This document shows positions 19,350 to 27,774 of a DNA stretch of 64,000 bases, piece by piece. The position numbers and the translations under genes are program-made. Numbering within the stretch: the first letter of the stretch is position 1; every line of letters starts with the position of its first letter. A model generated the notes under the pieces. That model made no database searches, had not been told where the DNA came from, and saw only the letters and a list, made by a program, of their open reading frames with translations. Source of the DNA: Candidatus Babeliales bacterium (GTDB lineage Bacteria; Babelota; Babeliae; Babelales; Vermiphilaceae); assembly GCA_020050795.1 (NCBI GenBank), contig JAGVKD010000004.1, positions 384 through 64,383 on the forward strand. The letters are read 5' to 3'.

Positions 19350-21299
19350 ATGCATTATATACGATGTGGGGTTCTTCTGTTGCTCGCGTATGGAAGCATC
19401 CAATGCGAAACGGAAGTGCTGATAGAAAACCCAACACCACGGGGCCTTTGGGGCGCTACCTACTATACATCAATTTCTAAGGCAGAGAGATTTGGAGAGC
19501 CCATTTTCATTGGGCCTGACAGTGAAGTTCGATTTCCTCATCCTCCCCTCAAGCTCCTTGTGACTCGTTCATTCGCATATGACATTGATAAAAATCAGTT
19601 AAAGCCGCACATGACGAGTAAGGAATATTCTGCACTCACCTCCATTTTGTTTGGTACCCTACAAGGCAATAATTTTCGTGTTGGTCTTAAAGACGGCCGC
19701 ACGAAAATTTATAATTGGCGAGAGCTCAATATTACCAAGCCATTTCGTGAGGCAGTTGCTCCGATAACCGGTGCCATAAAAGAAACGATTCAGGATTGGC
19801 GTATTGGCAAATCAAAAGCGGTCGAAACTAATCCACATAAAGATAGAGTCGCAAAGATACGTATTGGCAACGAATTGTCTCCCAATGAAAATGAATACCT
19901 CAAAAAACGCAAAGCATATGTGCACACCAACTTAAGTACCATGCTTGGTCGCACTATCCCGGCTAATGCAACGCCTGTTATTGCATATGTGTTTAGTGGT
20001 GGTGGCTATCGTGCAATGTTATGGGGGTCGGGTGCTCTTGTTGGTTTTGAAACTATTGGCCTCAATGCTATTACCACCTATTGTGTTGGCCTTTCTGGTG
20101 GCGCTTGGTGTCTTGGACAATGGTTTACAAGTGGTCTAGCGCCGCGTCAATTTAGAGATCAATTGTATCAAAAAGCAGGCATGAGTTTGAGGCCTGTCGG
20201 TGGACAAATCACCCTTATGAATGATGCGTTTTCTACTAAACGAGCATTTGATCAACCAATAACGCTGGTTGATTTGTGGGGTGGACTACTCGCGAACGTT
20301 TTCTTTGGTGACAAAGGAGATGATCGTCAGATGGTTCATATGTCTGACCAAGTGCAGCGCATTGCAAATGGTACGTGGCCAATGCCTATCTACACCGCAA
20401 TCAGAGCCGAATGGGCAGCAGAAGCAGATTGTTGGTATGAATTCACACCATTCGAAATTGGCGCAACGTGGATGAATATTTGGGTTCCCACTTGGGCATT
20501 TGGCAGAAAATTTGTGAATGGCTCATCAGTTGATTTTGCGCCAGAACAAAGTTTTGGATATCTGATGGGGATTTTTGGTTCAGCATTTGCAGCACAATTC
20601 AAACAGATCTACTCAGAAATTAAGAGTGGCTTATCCGAGTCCATGCAAAAGTTTATTGAGTCAATTCCCTCGCAAAAAACAGCTGAATCTCGTCTTTCGC
20701 AAGGTGAGGTATTTAATTTTTCCGTGGGATTGAATCAAAGTCCTTTGCGAGAGCTCAAGATGTTGAACTTTGTTGATGCAGGGACTTGGCCAGGATTTAA
20801 TCTTCCCTATCAGCCGGTGAGTGGCGAGCGTCGGGCGCGAAAGGCAGACATACTTATTTTTGTTGATGCATCTGGTACCATCGCAGATGGTGTGGGGTTA
20901 CGGCATGTGGAGCATTATGCTCGCTCGCACAATCTCAAATTCCCGCCTATTGATTATGCAGGCATAGAGAATCAAGCGGTGAGTATTTTCAAGGATGAAA
21001 GTAATCCTGACGTGCCGATGGTAATCTATATGCCGCGGGTTGTTGATCAAGCTTTGGTTATGCACTATAAAAATGATCCGCAGTTTGGCCGCATTGCACG
21101 CAACATTGAGCAGTTTGACGTGGAAAAATGTATAAAGCAGGACTATTGCAGAACAACGAATTTCAACTATTCGTCAGCCGATGCGGCACGATTGAGCGAG
21201 GTTGCCGAGTTTAGTGTGAGTAATCCAATTATTGCCAATAAATTAAAGCAGGCAGTAGCTTGGAAAACGGAGCAATTGATCCAAGCTCGGGGAGGCTAA
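19350..21299 (+). CDS. secreted cPLA2-like phospholipase/lysophospholipase (PLA2_B catalytic domain), copy 1
   Basis: VFSGGGYRAM (GGGxR), GLSGGAW (nucleophile elbow), FVDAGTWPGFNLPY...ADILIFVDAS (Asp motif). Further blocks resemble metazoan cPLA2: WPMPIYTAIRAE...WYEFTPFEIG, YLMGIFGSAFA. Confidence 0.85.
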   Translation: MHYIRCGVLLLLAYGSIQCETEVLIENPTPRGLWGATYYTSISKAERFGEPIFIGPDSEVRFPHPPLKLLVTRSFAYDIDKNQLKPHMTSKEYSALTSILFGTLQGNNFRVGLKDGRTKIYNWRELNITKPFREAVAPITGAIKETIQDWRIGKSKAVETNPHKDRVAKIRIGNELSPNENEYLKKRKAYVHTNLSTMLGRTIPANATPVIAYVFSGGGYRAMLWGSGALVGFETIGLNAITTYCVGLSGGAWCLGQWFTSGLAPRQFRDQLYQKAGMSLRPVGGQITLMNDAFSTKRAFDQPITLVDLWGGLLANVFFGDKGDDRQMVHMSDQVQRIANGTWPMPIYTAIRAEWAAEADCWYEFTPFEIGATWMNIWVPTWAFGRKFVNGSSVDFAPEQSFGYLMGIFGSAFAAQFKQIYSEIKSGLSESMQKFIESIPSQKTAESRLSQGEVFNFSVGLNQSPLRELKMLNFVDAGTWPGFNLPYQPVSGERRARKADILIFVDASGTIADGVGLRHVEHYARSHNLKFPPIDYAGIENQAVSIFKDESNPDVPMVIYMPRVVDQALVMHYKNDPQFGRIARNIEQFDVEKCIKQDYCRTTNFNYSSADAARLSEVAEFSVSNPIIANKLKQAVAWKTEQLIQARGG

Positions 21300-21455
21300 G
21301 TTTTTAAGCCCTAAAGTTAAAAAGTAGCGCATGCAATACGGATGGGATATACTTGAAAAAGTAGTTTCCCATCCGTACTTTCGTATGTATGGTACATGAA
21401 AGAAATGCCCACGAGCACATGGCAATAATGGCCATCTAAGATTTGAGGCGAATAA

Positions 21456-23723
21456 ATGAGAATCCGGATAGAAAAAAATATTTTTAAAAAATATCCATCC
21501 ACTGCAATAGGTTTTGTAGTAGCAAGTGTTAAGGTGAATAAACCTAATGAGCATGCTAAAAAACTTAAGGCCTCTCTTGCCGCTTCGCTCAAATCAATAA
21601 AGTTAACTGAATACAATCTCGAGAAGCATCCACAGATACAGGCCTGGCATAGAATATTTAAAGATTTTGAAGTTCCGGAAACGTATATTTCTTCTGTTGA
21701 GGCGCTCATTAAGCGCGTGCTATCGGGCGGGAGTTTGTGGAATATATCTAATATTGTTGATCTCTATAATTCCTGTTCAGTCTTGAGCCTGTTGCCAATG
21801 GGTGGTTATGATTTGGAAAAAATCAAAGGTGACATCGTTCTGCGCTATGGAAAAGCGGGCGAAGTTGTGCAGCCACTGGGGAAAAGTGAGATTGGAAAAG
21901 TTAACGAAAAACATGTCGTGTATGCAGACGATGAGAAGGTAATCTGTTGGCTTTGGAACTATAGAGATTCAAAATTATCATGTATTGACTCAGATACTCG
22001 TCAAGCAATTTTCTTTATTGATGCTGCATTTCCATTAACTCATATGCAGATGCAAGATGCCATTAAACTTTTTGAAAAAGAGTTGGTTAATGTCGGTGCA
22101 TCAGTGTTAGCCAATGGCATACTTAATGCAAAGCATCCAGAAGTTGAAATTGCTCAAAATGAGTTATTTAAAAATTTACCTAAAGCAGATCGGAAAGAAG
22201 CTCCCGCACCTGCCATTCGAGAAACACATCAAACTCATCCCGAGCACACGACAGAACATCACGGGTCCGAAGAACATCTGATTCGCGTTCAAAAAGTTAA
22301 GGACATGCGCGAAGCTGGTATCGAACCATGGCCATACAGCAAGAAGATCACTGCATCATGCAAGAGTGTGCATGATGAGTTTCGTGACATTAATGATGGG
22401 GCTGCAGAAAAAACCTATGCAATTGCCGGCCGTGTTATCACGCGCCGTGAACATGGCAAGGCAGCCTTTGCAACACTGCAAGACCATTCTGGTCAACTGC
22501 AAATTTATGTTCGCCAAGATGTGATCGGTGATACTGCATTTGAATTTTTCAAACATCGTATCGATTTGGGCGATATCATCTGGTGTACCGGAACTGCATT
22601 TCGCACAAAAGTTGGCGAAGTAACGCTCAAGATTTCGGAATTTACTCTTTTGAGCAAATGTCTCTTTCCACTACCAGAAAAATTTCATGGCATGACAGAC
22701 GTGGAAGCACGGTATCGTCAGCGCTATCTTGATCTGATTGCCAATCCAGAAAGCAGAGAGCGATTCAAAAAACGTTCTGCAATTGTGCGTACGATTCGTA
22801 ACTTTTTGGATAACCACGATTTTATGGAAGTTGAAACACCGATGTTGCACCCAATTCCTGGTGGCGCAGCGGCTCGTCCATTTATGACGCATCATAATAC
22901 ATTGGATATGGAACTCTTTTTGCGCATTGCACCAGAGCTCTATCTCAAACGATTAGTGGTTGGCGGATTTGAGCGGGTGTATGAAATCAATCGTAATTTT
23001 AGAAACGAGGGAATTTCAACACGCCACAATCCTGAATTTACCATGCTTGAGTTTTATGTTGCGCATCACGATTATAATTGGATGATGGATTTTGCCGAAG
23101 AATTGATCAAGCATGTAGCGCAAGTTGTTGCCGGTTCCACACAAGTTCAATTTGGCGATCATCAGATTGATTTTGGAAAACCGTTCAAACGGATTGCAAT
23201 GGCGGATGCTGTTGCAGAATATGCGGGTGTTTCCAAAGATGATTTGAGCGAGAAAAAAATTGGCGCGCTTCTAAAGAAACACAATATTGTGCTTGAACAT
23301 GCATCATGGGGTCAAAAGATTCTTGCATTGTTTGAAGCAGTAGTTGAGCCACATTTGATTCAACCAACATTTATCACGCAGTTTCCGGTCGAAATTTCTC
23401 CGCTGGCAAAAAGCAATCCGGCAAATCCTGGATTTGTGGATCGCTTTGAATTGTTCGTTGCAGGAATGGAATTGGCAAATGCCTTTAACGAGTTGAATGA
23501 TCCATTCGATCAGGCAGAGCGTTTCCATGAGCAAGCAGCAGCACACGAGAGTGGCAAAGATGATGAAGCGCATCGTTATGATGCTGATTATGTGCACGCG
23601 CTTGAATATGGCTTGCCGCCAACGGTGGGATTTGGCATGGGCATCGATCGCTTAACTATGATGCTCACCAATACAGTTTCGATAAAAGATGTGATTTTAT
23701 TCCCGACCCTCAAACGAAAATAA
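21456..23723 (+). CDS. lysS: lysine--tRNA ligase (class II) with N-terminal B3/B4 (PheRS-editing-like, COG3382-type) domain fusion
   Basis: C-terminal about 490 aa: GRVITRREHGKAAFATLQD, FMEVETPMLHPIPGGAAARPF, class II motifs ...YEINRNFRNEG..., GLPPTVGFGMGIDRL. N-terminal about 215 aa: SVEALIKRVLSGG..ISNIVDLYNSCSVLSLLPMGGYDL...VVYADDEKVICWLWNYRDS. One uninterrupted ORF. Confidence 0.9.
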   Translation: MRIRIEKNIFKKYPSTAIGFVVASVKVNKPNEHAKKLKASLAASLKSIKLTEYNLEKHPQIQAWHRIFKDFEVPETYISSVEALIKRVLSGGSLWNISNIVDLYNSCSVLSLLPMGGYDLEKIKGDIVLRYGKAGEVVQPLGKSEIGKVNEKHVVYADDEKVICWLWNYRDSKLSCIDSDTRQAIFFIDAAFPLTHMQMQDAIKLFEKELVNVGASVLANGILNAKHPEVEIAQNELFKNLPKADRKEAPAPAIRETHQTHPEHTTEHHGSEEHLIRVQKVKDMREAGIEPWPYSKKITASCKSVHDEFRDINDGAAEKTYAIAGRVITRREHGKAAFATLQDHSGQLQIYVRQDVIGDTAFEFFKHRIDLGDIIWCTGTAFRTKVGEVTLKISEFTLLSKCLFPLPEKFHGMTDVEARYRQRYLDLIANPESRERFKKRSAIVRTIRNFLDNHDFMEVETPMLHPIPGGAAARPFMTHHNTLDMELFLRIAPELYLKRLVVGGFERVYEINRNFRNEGISTRHNPEFTMLEFYVAHHDYNWMMDFAEELIKHVAQVVAGSTQVQFGDHQIDFGKPFKRIAMADAVAEYAGVSKDDLSEKKIGALLKKHNIVLEHASWGQKILALFEAVVEPHLIQPTFITQFPVEISPLAKSNPANPGFVDRFELFVAGMELANAFNELNDPFDQAERFHEQAAAHESGKDDEAHRYDADYVHALEYGLPPTVGFGMGIDRLTMMLTNTVSIKDVILFPTLKRK

Positions 23724-23747
23724 TTCACACTGTTCTAAGTAATTATT

Positions 23748-23780
23748 GCGCCCGGCCCTCGCCGGGCGTTATTATTTGCT
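23748..23780 (+). terminator. rho-independent terminator after lysS
   Basis: Stem cgcccggc/gccgggcg (23749-23756 / 23761-23768) with loop CCTC, then a T-rich tail. Confidence 0.65.
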
Positions 23781-23816
23781 ATAGGGACGAGTCTTATTCT
23801 TTAGGGGGAAAGTAGC

Positions 23817-24224
23817 ATGAAGAGAATACTATTGAGTGTGGTGATGCTGTGTGCTCTCCAGAGTCCGCACGCACTGTGTACCAAATTCGAACCGTATCAA
23901 GAAAATCGCCAATTATTTATACAACTTTTATTTCCTAATAGCTCTTCTGGCAAGCCATTGCTCGAGACACGACTGCTGCAAGAATCGCCATCTCAAACAA
24001 TTCGAGGCGTACGCATTCAAGTGGCTCGTTCACTCGGCATCTGGCCATCATTAATTAAAGTTTCTGATCGCAAAGGGCGCCCACTGCCAGATCATTTAAA
24101 AATCGGATACGATATCGGGCGGGTGCCACAAGATCCATTGCGCATGTTTGTTGATGTTGGGGTGCAAAAAATTCGCCAACAGGTGCCCCAATCCGATTTT
24201 GTTGACTCAACTTTTTTACAATGA
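23817..24224 (+). CDS. small secreted hypothetical protein (possible ubiquitin-like fold)
   Basis: Leader MKRILLSVVMLCALQSPHALC. The mature part shows a ubiquitin-like residue pattern (see findings). Confidence 0.5.
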   Translation: MKRILLSVVMLCALQSPHALCTKFEPYQENRQLFIQLLFPNSSSGKPLLETRLLQESPSQTIRGVRIQVARSLGIWPSLIKVSDRKGRPLPDHLKIGYDIGRVPQDPLRMFVDVGVQKIRQQVPQSDFVDSTFLQ

Positions 24225-24272
24225 GTAGGCTGAGCGCGAAAATAATAGAATGATTAGCCTCTGGAGGTTTTC

Positions 24273-26222
24273 ATGATGCGTTCGGTTCGCCTTAGTTTGC
24301 TTCTGGTTTTAGGATCATCATCGTTAGTTCGTGCAGATTTGCTCACCATCAATAATTTGACGCAAACAGATGTGTGGGTTGCGACCTATTATAATGAAGG
24401 AACAACGATTTCACGTGTTGGCAAACCAGTGCTCGTTTTGAAACAATCATCTGCAGCGATAGAACGTCCGAAGCGAAAATTATGGTGCAACCGTGAACTT
24501 GTCTTTGATTACCATGATACCGTGTTGGCACCGACTCTAACGGAAGCTCGCTGGCGCGATATCAAACATAAAAATATTGGTCTCTTGAGTGGCGACACTT
24601 TTTTTATTGTGAAAAATGAAGGCGAACTTTTTTCTTATACAAGCCTTGAATGGAATTATCTCGAACCGCTCAAACAATGGTTTAATGAATCCTATAGTGT
24701 GGTGATTGAACCATTGATCCAGACGCTCAAAGAAGATCTTCCAGCCATAGCGAATAATCCGCACAAAGATCATATTGCGCTTGTACGTGATGGTAACGAT
24801 TTGCACCCGGCAGAAAAATTATGTGTATCACGTCGCCGTGCAAAAGCAAAAGTGGCAATGGAAAAAATGATTGGTGTCTCTGTTGATCAAGAGCGTATGC
24901 CAACGATTGCAATAGTAGCCAGCGGTGGTGGCTATCGTGCAATGATTAGTACGGTAGGTTATTTGCTTGGTGCAGAGCGCATGGGCTTGCTCGATTCAAC
25001 TATTTACCTCAGTGCACTTTCTGGATCAACATGGACTCTCTGCAGTTGGTATGCAACTGGATTACCGCTTAAACTATTCCGTCCTAATATCATAGATAAA
25101 ATGAACGACCCAATATTTCCTATCTCTGGTGAAGATATGGCGCTCATTACTGAGGCCATAGTTGTTAAGTTGGCGTTTGGCCAGCCAGTTACCTTGGTGG
25201 ATGTCTATGGGGCACTACTTGCAAATGTGCTTTTGAGTGATTTTGGTGATAATCGCCACCGTGTGTATCTCTCAGATCAGGTTAAACGTATCAGGCATGG
25301 TGAATGGCCATTCCCAATCTACACGGCCATTCGTGCAGAAGAAGATGCAACAGATGGTTGGTATGAATTTACGCCATTCGAAGTTGGGGGCCAGTGGATT
25401 GGCAGATATGTGCCAACATGGGCTTTTGGACGCAAATTTGTCGAAGGCACATCAGTTGATTATGCACCTGAGCAAAGTTTAGGTTTCCAGATGGGAACAT
25501 TTGGATCCGCGTTTGCTGCTCGTGTGAGTGAAATTTATGACACATTCAAAGATGATATTCCATCAGATTTAGTCAGAGAACTAATTGAACAATTAGTGGT
25601 AGAAGAAATTGGCAATAAGCGCTTGACCTATGCTGAAGTGTTTAATTATGTGCATGGTCTCTATCGTGAACGATTTGAAGATTTAGAAAAAATTCGTATG
25701 GCCGACGGCGGTTTACAACCCGGATTCAATTTGCCATATCCGGTTGTTAGTGGTGAACGTAACGGTCGCAAAGCAGATGTTATGATTTTCTTGGATATGT
25801 CTTGGGGCGCATTTGATGGATCTAATCTGTACAAAGCGGAAGAATATGCACGGGCCCATGGACTCAAATTCCCAACCATAGCAGCAGTGAGCGACTCTTC
25901 ACTGAGCACGTGCAAAATATTTAAGGATGAACATGATCCAGAAGTGCCGGTAGTTATCTATTTGCCGCTGATTAATGACAAAGCATTGTGGTCAAAACTG
26001 AACGAGCCTGGATTTGCTGAGTTTATGCCATACGTGCAAAATTTTGATGTGAAAGAATGTGTTGAATTTGGTGATTGTGGCACATTTGATTTGCACTACG
26101 AAGCGCACGAATCAAATCAATTAAGCAAGCTTGCCGAGTTTAATATGCTTGCCAACAAAGAACAGATAGTCGATGTGATTGCCTGGAAAACAGCGCAATT
26201 GCAGACTGCAGTTGCATCATAA
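24273..26222 (+). CDS. secreted cPLA2-like phospholipase/lysophospholipase (PLA2_B catalytic domain), copy 2
   Basis: Also 649 aa. VASGGGYRAM, ALSGSTW, MADGGLQPGFNLPYPVVSGERNGRKADVMIFLDMS. Collinear with copy 1. Confidence 0.85.
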   Translation: MMRSVRLSLLLVLGSSSLVRADLLTINNLTQTDVWVATYYNEGTTISRVGKPVLVLKQSSAAIERPKRKLWCNRELVFDYHDTVLAPTLTEARWRDIKHKNIGLLSGDTFFIVKNEGELFSYTSLEWNYLEPLKQWFNESYSVVIEPLIQTLKEDLPAIANNPHKDHIALVRDGNDLHPAEKLCVSRRRAKAKVAMEKMIGVSVDQERMPTIAIVASGGGYRAMISTVGYLLGAERMGLLDSTIYLSALSGSTWTLCSWYATGLPLKLFRPNIIDKMNDPIFPISGEDMALITEAIVVKLAFGQPVTLVDVYGALLANVLLSDFGDNRHRVYLSDQVKRIRHGEWPFPIYTAIRAEEDATDGWYEFTPFEVGGQWIGRYVPTWAFGRKFVEGTSVDYAPEQSLGFQMGTFGSAFAARVSEIYDTFKDDIPSDLVRELIEQLVVEEIGNKRLTYAEVFNYVHGLYRERFEDLEKIRMADGGLQPGFNLPYPVVSGERNGRKADVMIFLDMSWGAFDGSNLYKAEEYARAHGLKFPTIAAVSDSSLSTCKIFKDEHDPEVPVVIYLPLINDKALWSKLNEPGFAEFMPYVQNFDVKECVEFGDCGTFDLHYEAHESNQLSKLAEFNMLANKEQIVDVIAWKTAQLQTAVAS

Positions 26223-26240
26223 AACTTAGAGGAAAAGAAT

Positions 26241-27719
26241 ATGAAAAAACTATTATTGAGTATGCTCGCGCTCGTTGGCATGCAAATTTATGCAGATGAG
26301 ATTACTGTTCACAATATGACGGGGAATCCGGTTAATATTGTAACCGCATGGTGGAATGCAAAAATTGGTGAACCTTCATTGACACTTAATGCAGACTCTT
26401 TACAAGCAGTAAGTACAGAAGAACCAGCTAAGTTCGAACGGCCCGCAGCTCAAGAAGAAAAGAAGGCCTGGTTACTTGCTGCGTATTCTGGTAAAGAGTT
26501 TGAAAAGTTGAGAGAAACATCCGAGACAAATCTCAAGTTATTTCCTGCATTACGTCCAGTCGCAAATATAAAATTAAAAAATAATGTGAAGAAAATAGGA
26601 ATAGAGATAGAATCTGGAAATGAATTTTACATTGTCCGAGATCCAGATAGTGAAGATTCTGTCCGCATTCAGAAGAAATCGCCAATAAAAGAAGCTCCAA
26701 GGGTTGAAGTTGTAGCAGCAGCTCCAGAAGTGCCAGTGATGCAAGAAGTTGCTGTAGTAAAGGAAGAGAAGAAAGAAGGGGTTGGTGAGATGTTTGCGCG
26801 CAAGGGCCGCGAGATAAAGGATGCGTGGGCGCGAGCTAAAGAGACGGTAGCTGAAGCAGTAACGACACGCATAGAAGAAACGAGAGGTTTTCAACCAGCA
26901 CAAGTTGAAAGCAAAGGCATTCAAAATCCAGTTTTAATTATCAATGGATTTGATAAACCTATTTATGTGCGTATGTATACTAAAAGCGATGTGGGATTAA
27001 TAGCAATTAACGATCAATCGCTTCCGGTAAAAATAGAAAAGGATAAATATTCATTTTTGCAGGGGCCAGAAAAAGGATCTTTTTTTAGAAGAAGTCCGCA
27101 AGCGACATTACTTGTTGCCCACGAACCGATAGATACGTTAAAGCGTTCAACAATAAGGGAGGCAACTCTTGAAGATATTACACCACATACGGTTTATCAT
27201 AACGAGATTTTAAATATTGCATCCTCTGGTGTTGAGCGATTTACTATGGGGAACGTTATTACAGTAAAAGTCTATGCATTAACTCGGCCAGACTATTTGC
27301 CCAATGCAGCAGTGTATGTAAAAGAAAAAAATACAGAAAATTATATTCAGGCAAGTCCTATCATCAAAACTAAGACACCGCAGGGCACAGCATTAGAAGC
27401 GGAAATTACGATTCTTGAGCCCAATGAAGAAGGATTTTTTGCCCGACTGGGTTTTGGACGAGAAAAATTTGTGGTCGGCATGGTTAATGAATCACAATTT
27501 AAAGCCCGTTTAAAAGAGCCGCTTCCCTTTACTCCTGAGACAAAGAGTTTGATTAACGGTACTTTGTTTAGCTATAGAAACTGTGTCACTTGGAAGCAAG
27601 ATGGAATCCTTTGGCTCAAGTCTCAGTCTTACTATGATGACAGAATACAAGAAGAAACATGGCTAACGCGATTTGCGGCAAGAGTTGCAAGAGTTTTAGT
27701 AAGAAGAGTGGCGAAATAA
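26241..27719 (+). CDS. secreted hypothetical protein sharing the N-terminal domain of the two phospholipases
   Basis: Leader MKKLLLSMLALVGMQIYA. ADEITVHNMTGNPVNIVTAWWNAK... aligns with ADLLTINNLTQTDVWVATYYNEG and CETEVLIENPTPRGLWGATYYTS. Confidence 0.6.
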   Translation: MKKLLLSMLALVGMQIYADEITVHNMTGNPVNIVTAWWNAKIGEPSLTLNADSLQAVSTEEPAKFERPAAQEEKKAWLLAAYSGKEFEKLRETSETNLKLFPALRPVANIKLKNNVKKIGIEIESGNEFYIVRDPDSEDSVRIQKKSPIKEAPRVEVVAAAPEVPVMQEVAVVKEEKKEGVGEMFARKGREIKDAWARAKETVAEAVTTRIEETRGFQPAQVESKGIQNPVLIINGFDKPIYVRMYTKSDVGLIAINDQSLPVKIEKDKYSFLQGPEKGSFFRRSPQATLLVAHEPIDTLKRSTIREATLEDITPHTVYHNEILNIASSGVERFTMGNVITVKVYALTRPDYLPNAAVYVKEKNTENYIQASPIIKTKTPQGTALEAEITILEPNEEGFFARLGFGREKFVVGMVNESQFKARLKEPLPFTPETKSLINGTLFSYRNCVTWKQDGILWLKSQSYYDDRIQEETWLTRFAARVARVLVRRVAK

Positions 27720-27774
27720 ATATGAAATTATAGATAGTTTCACTTAGTATTGAATTCCCGCTATTCTAAACAAC

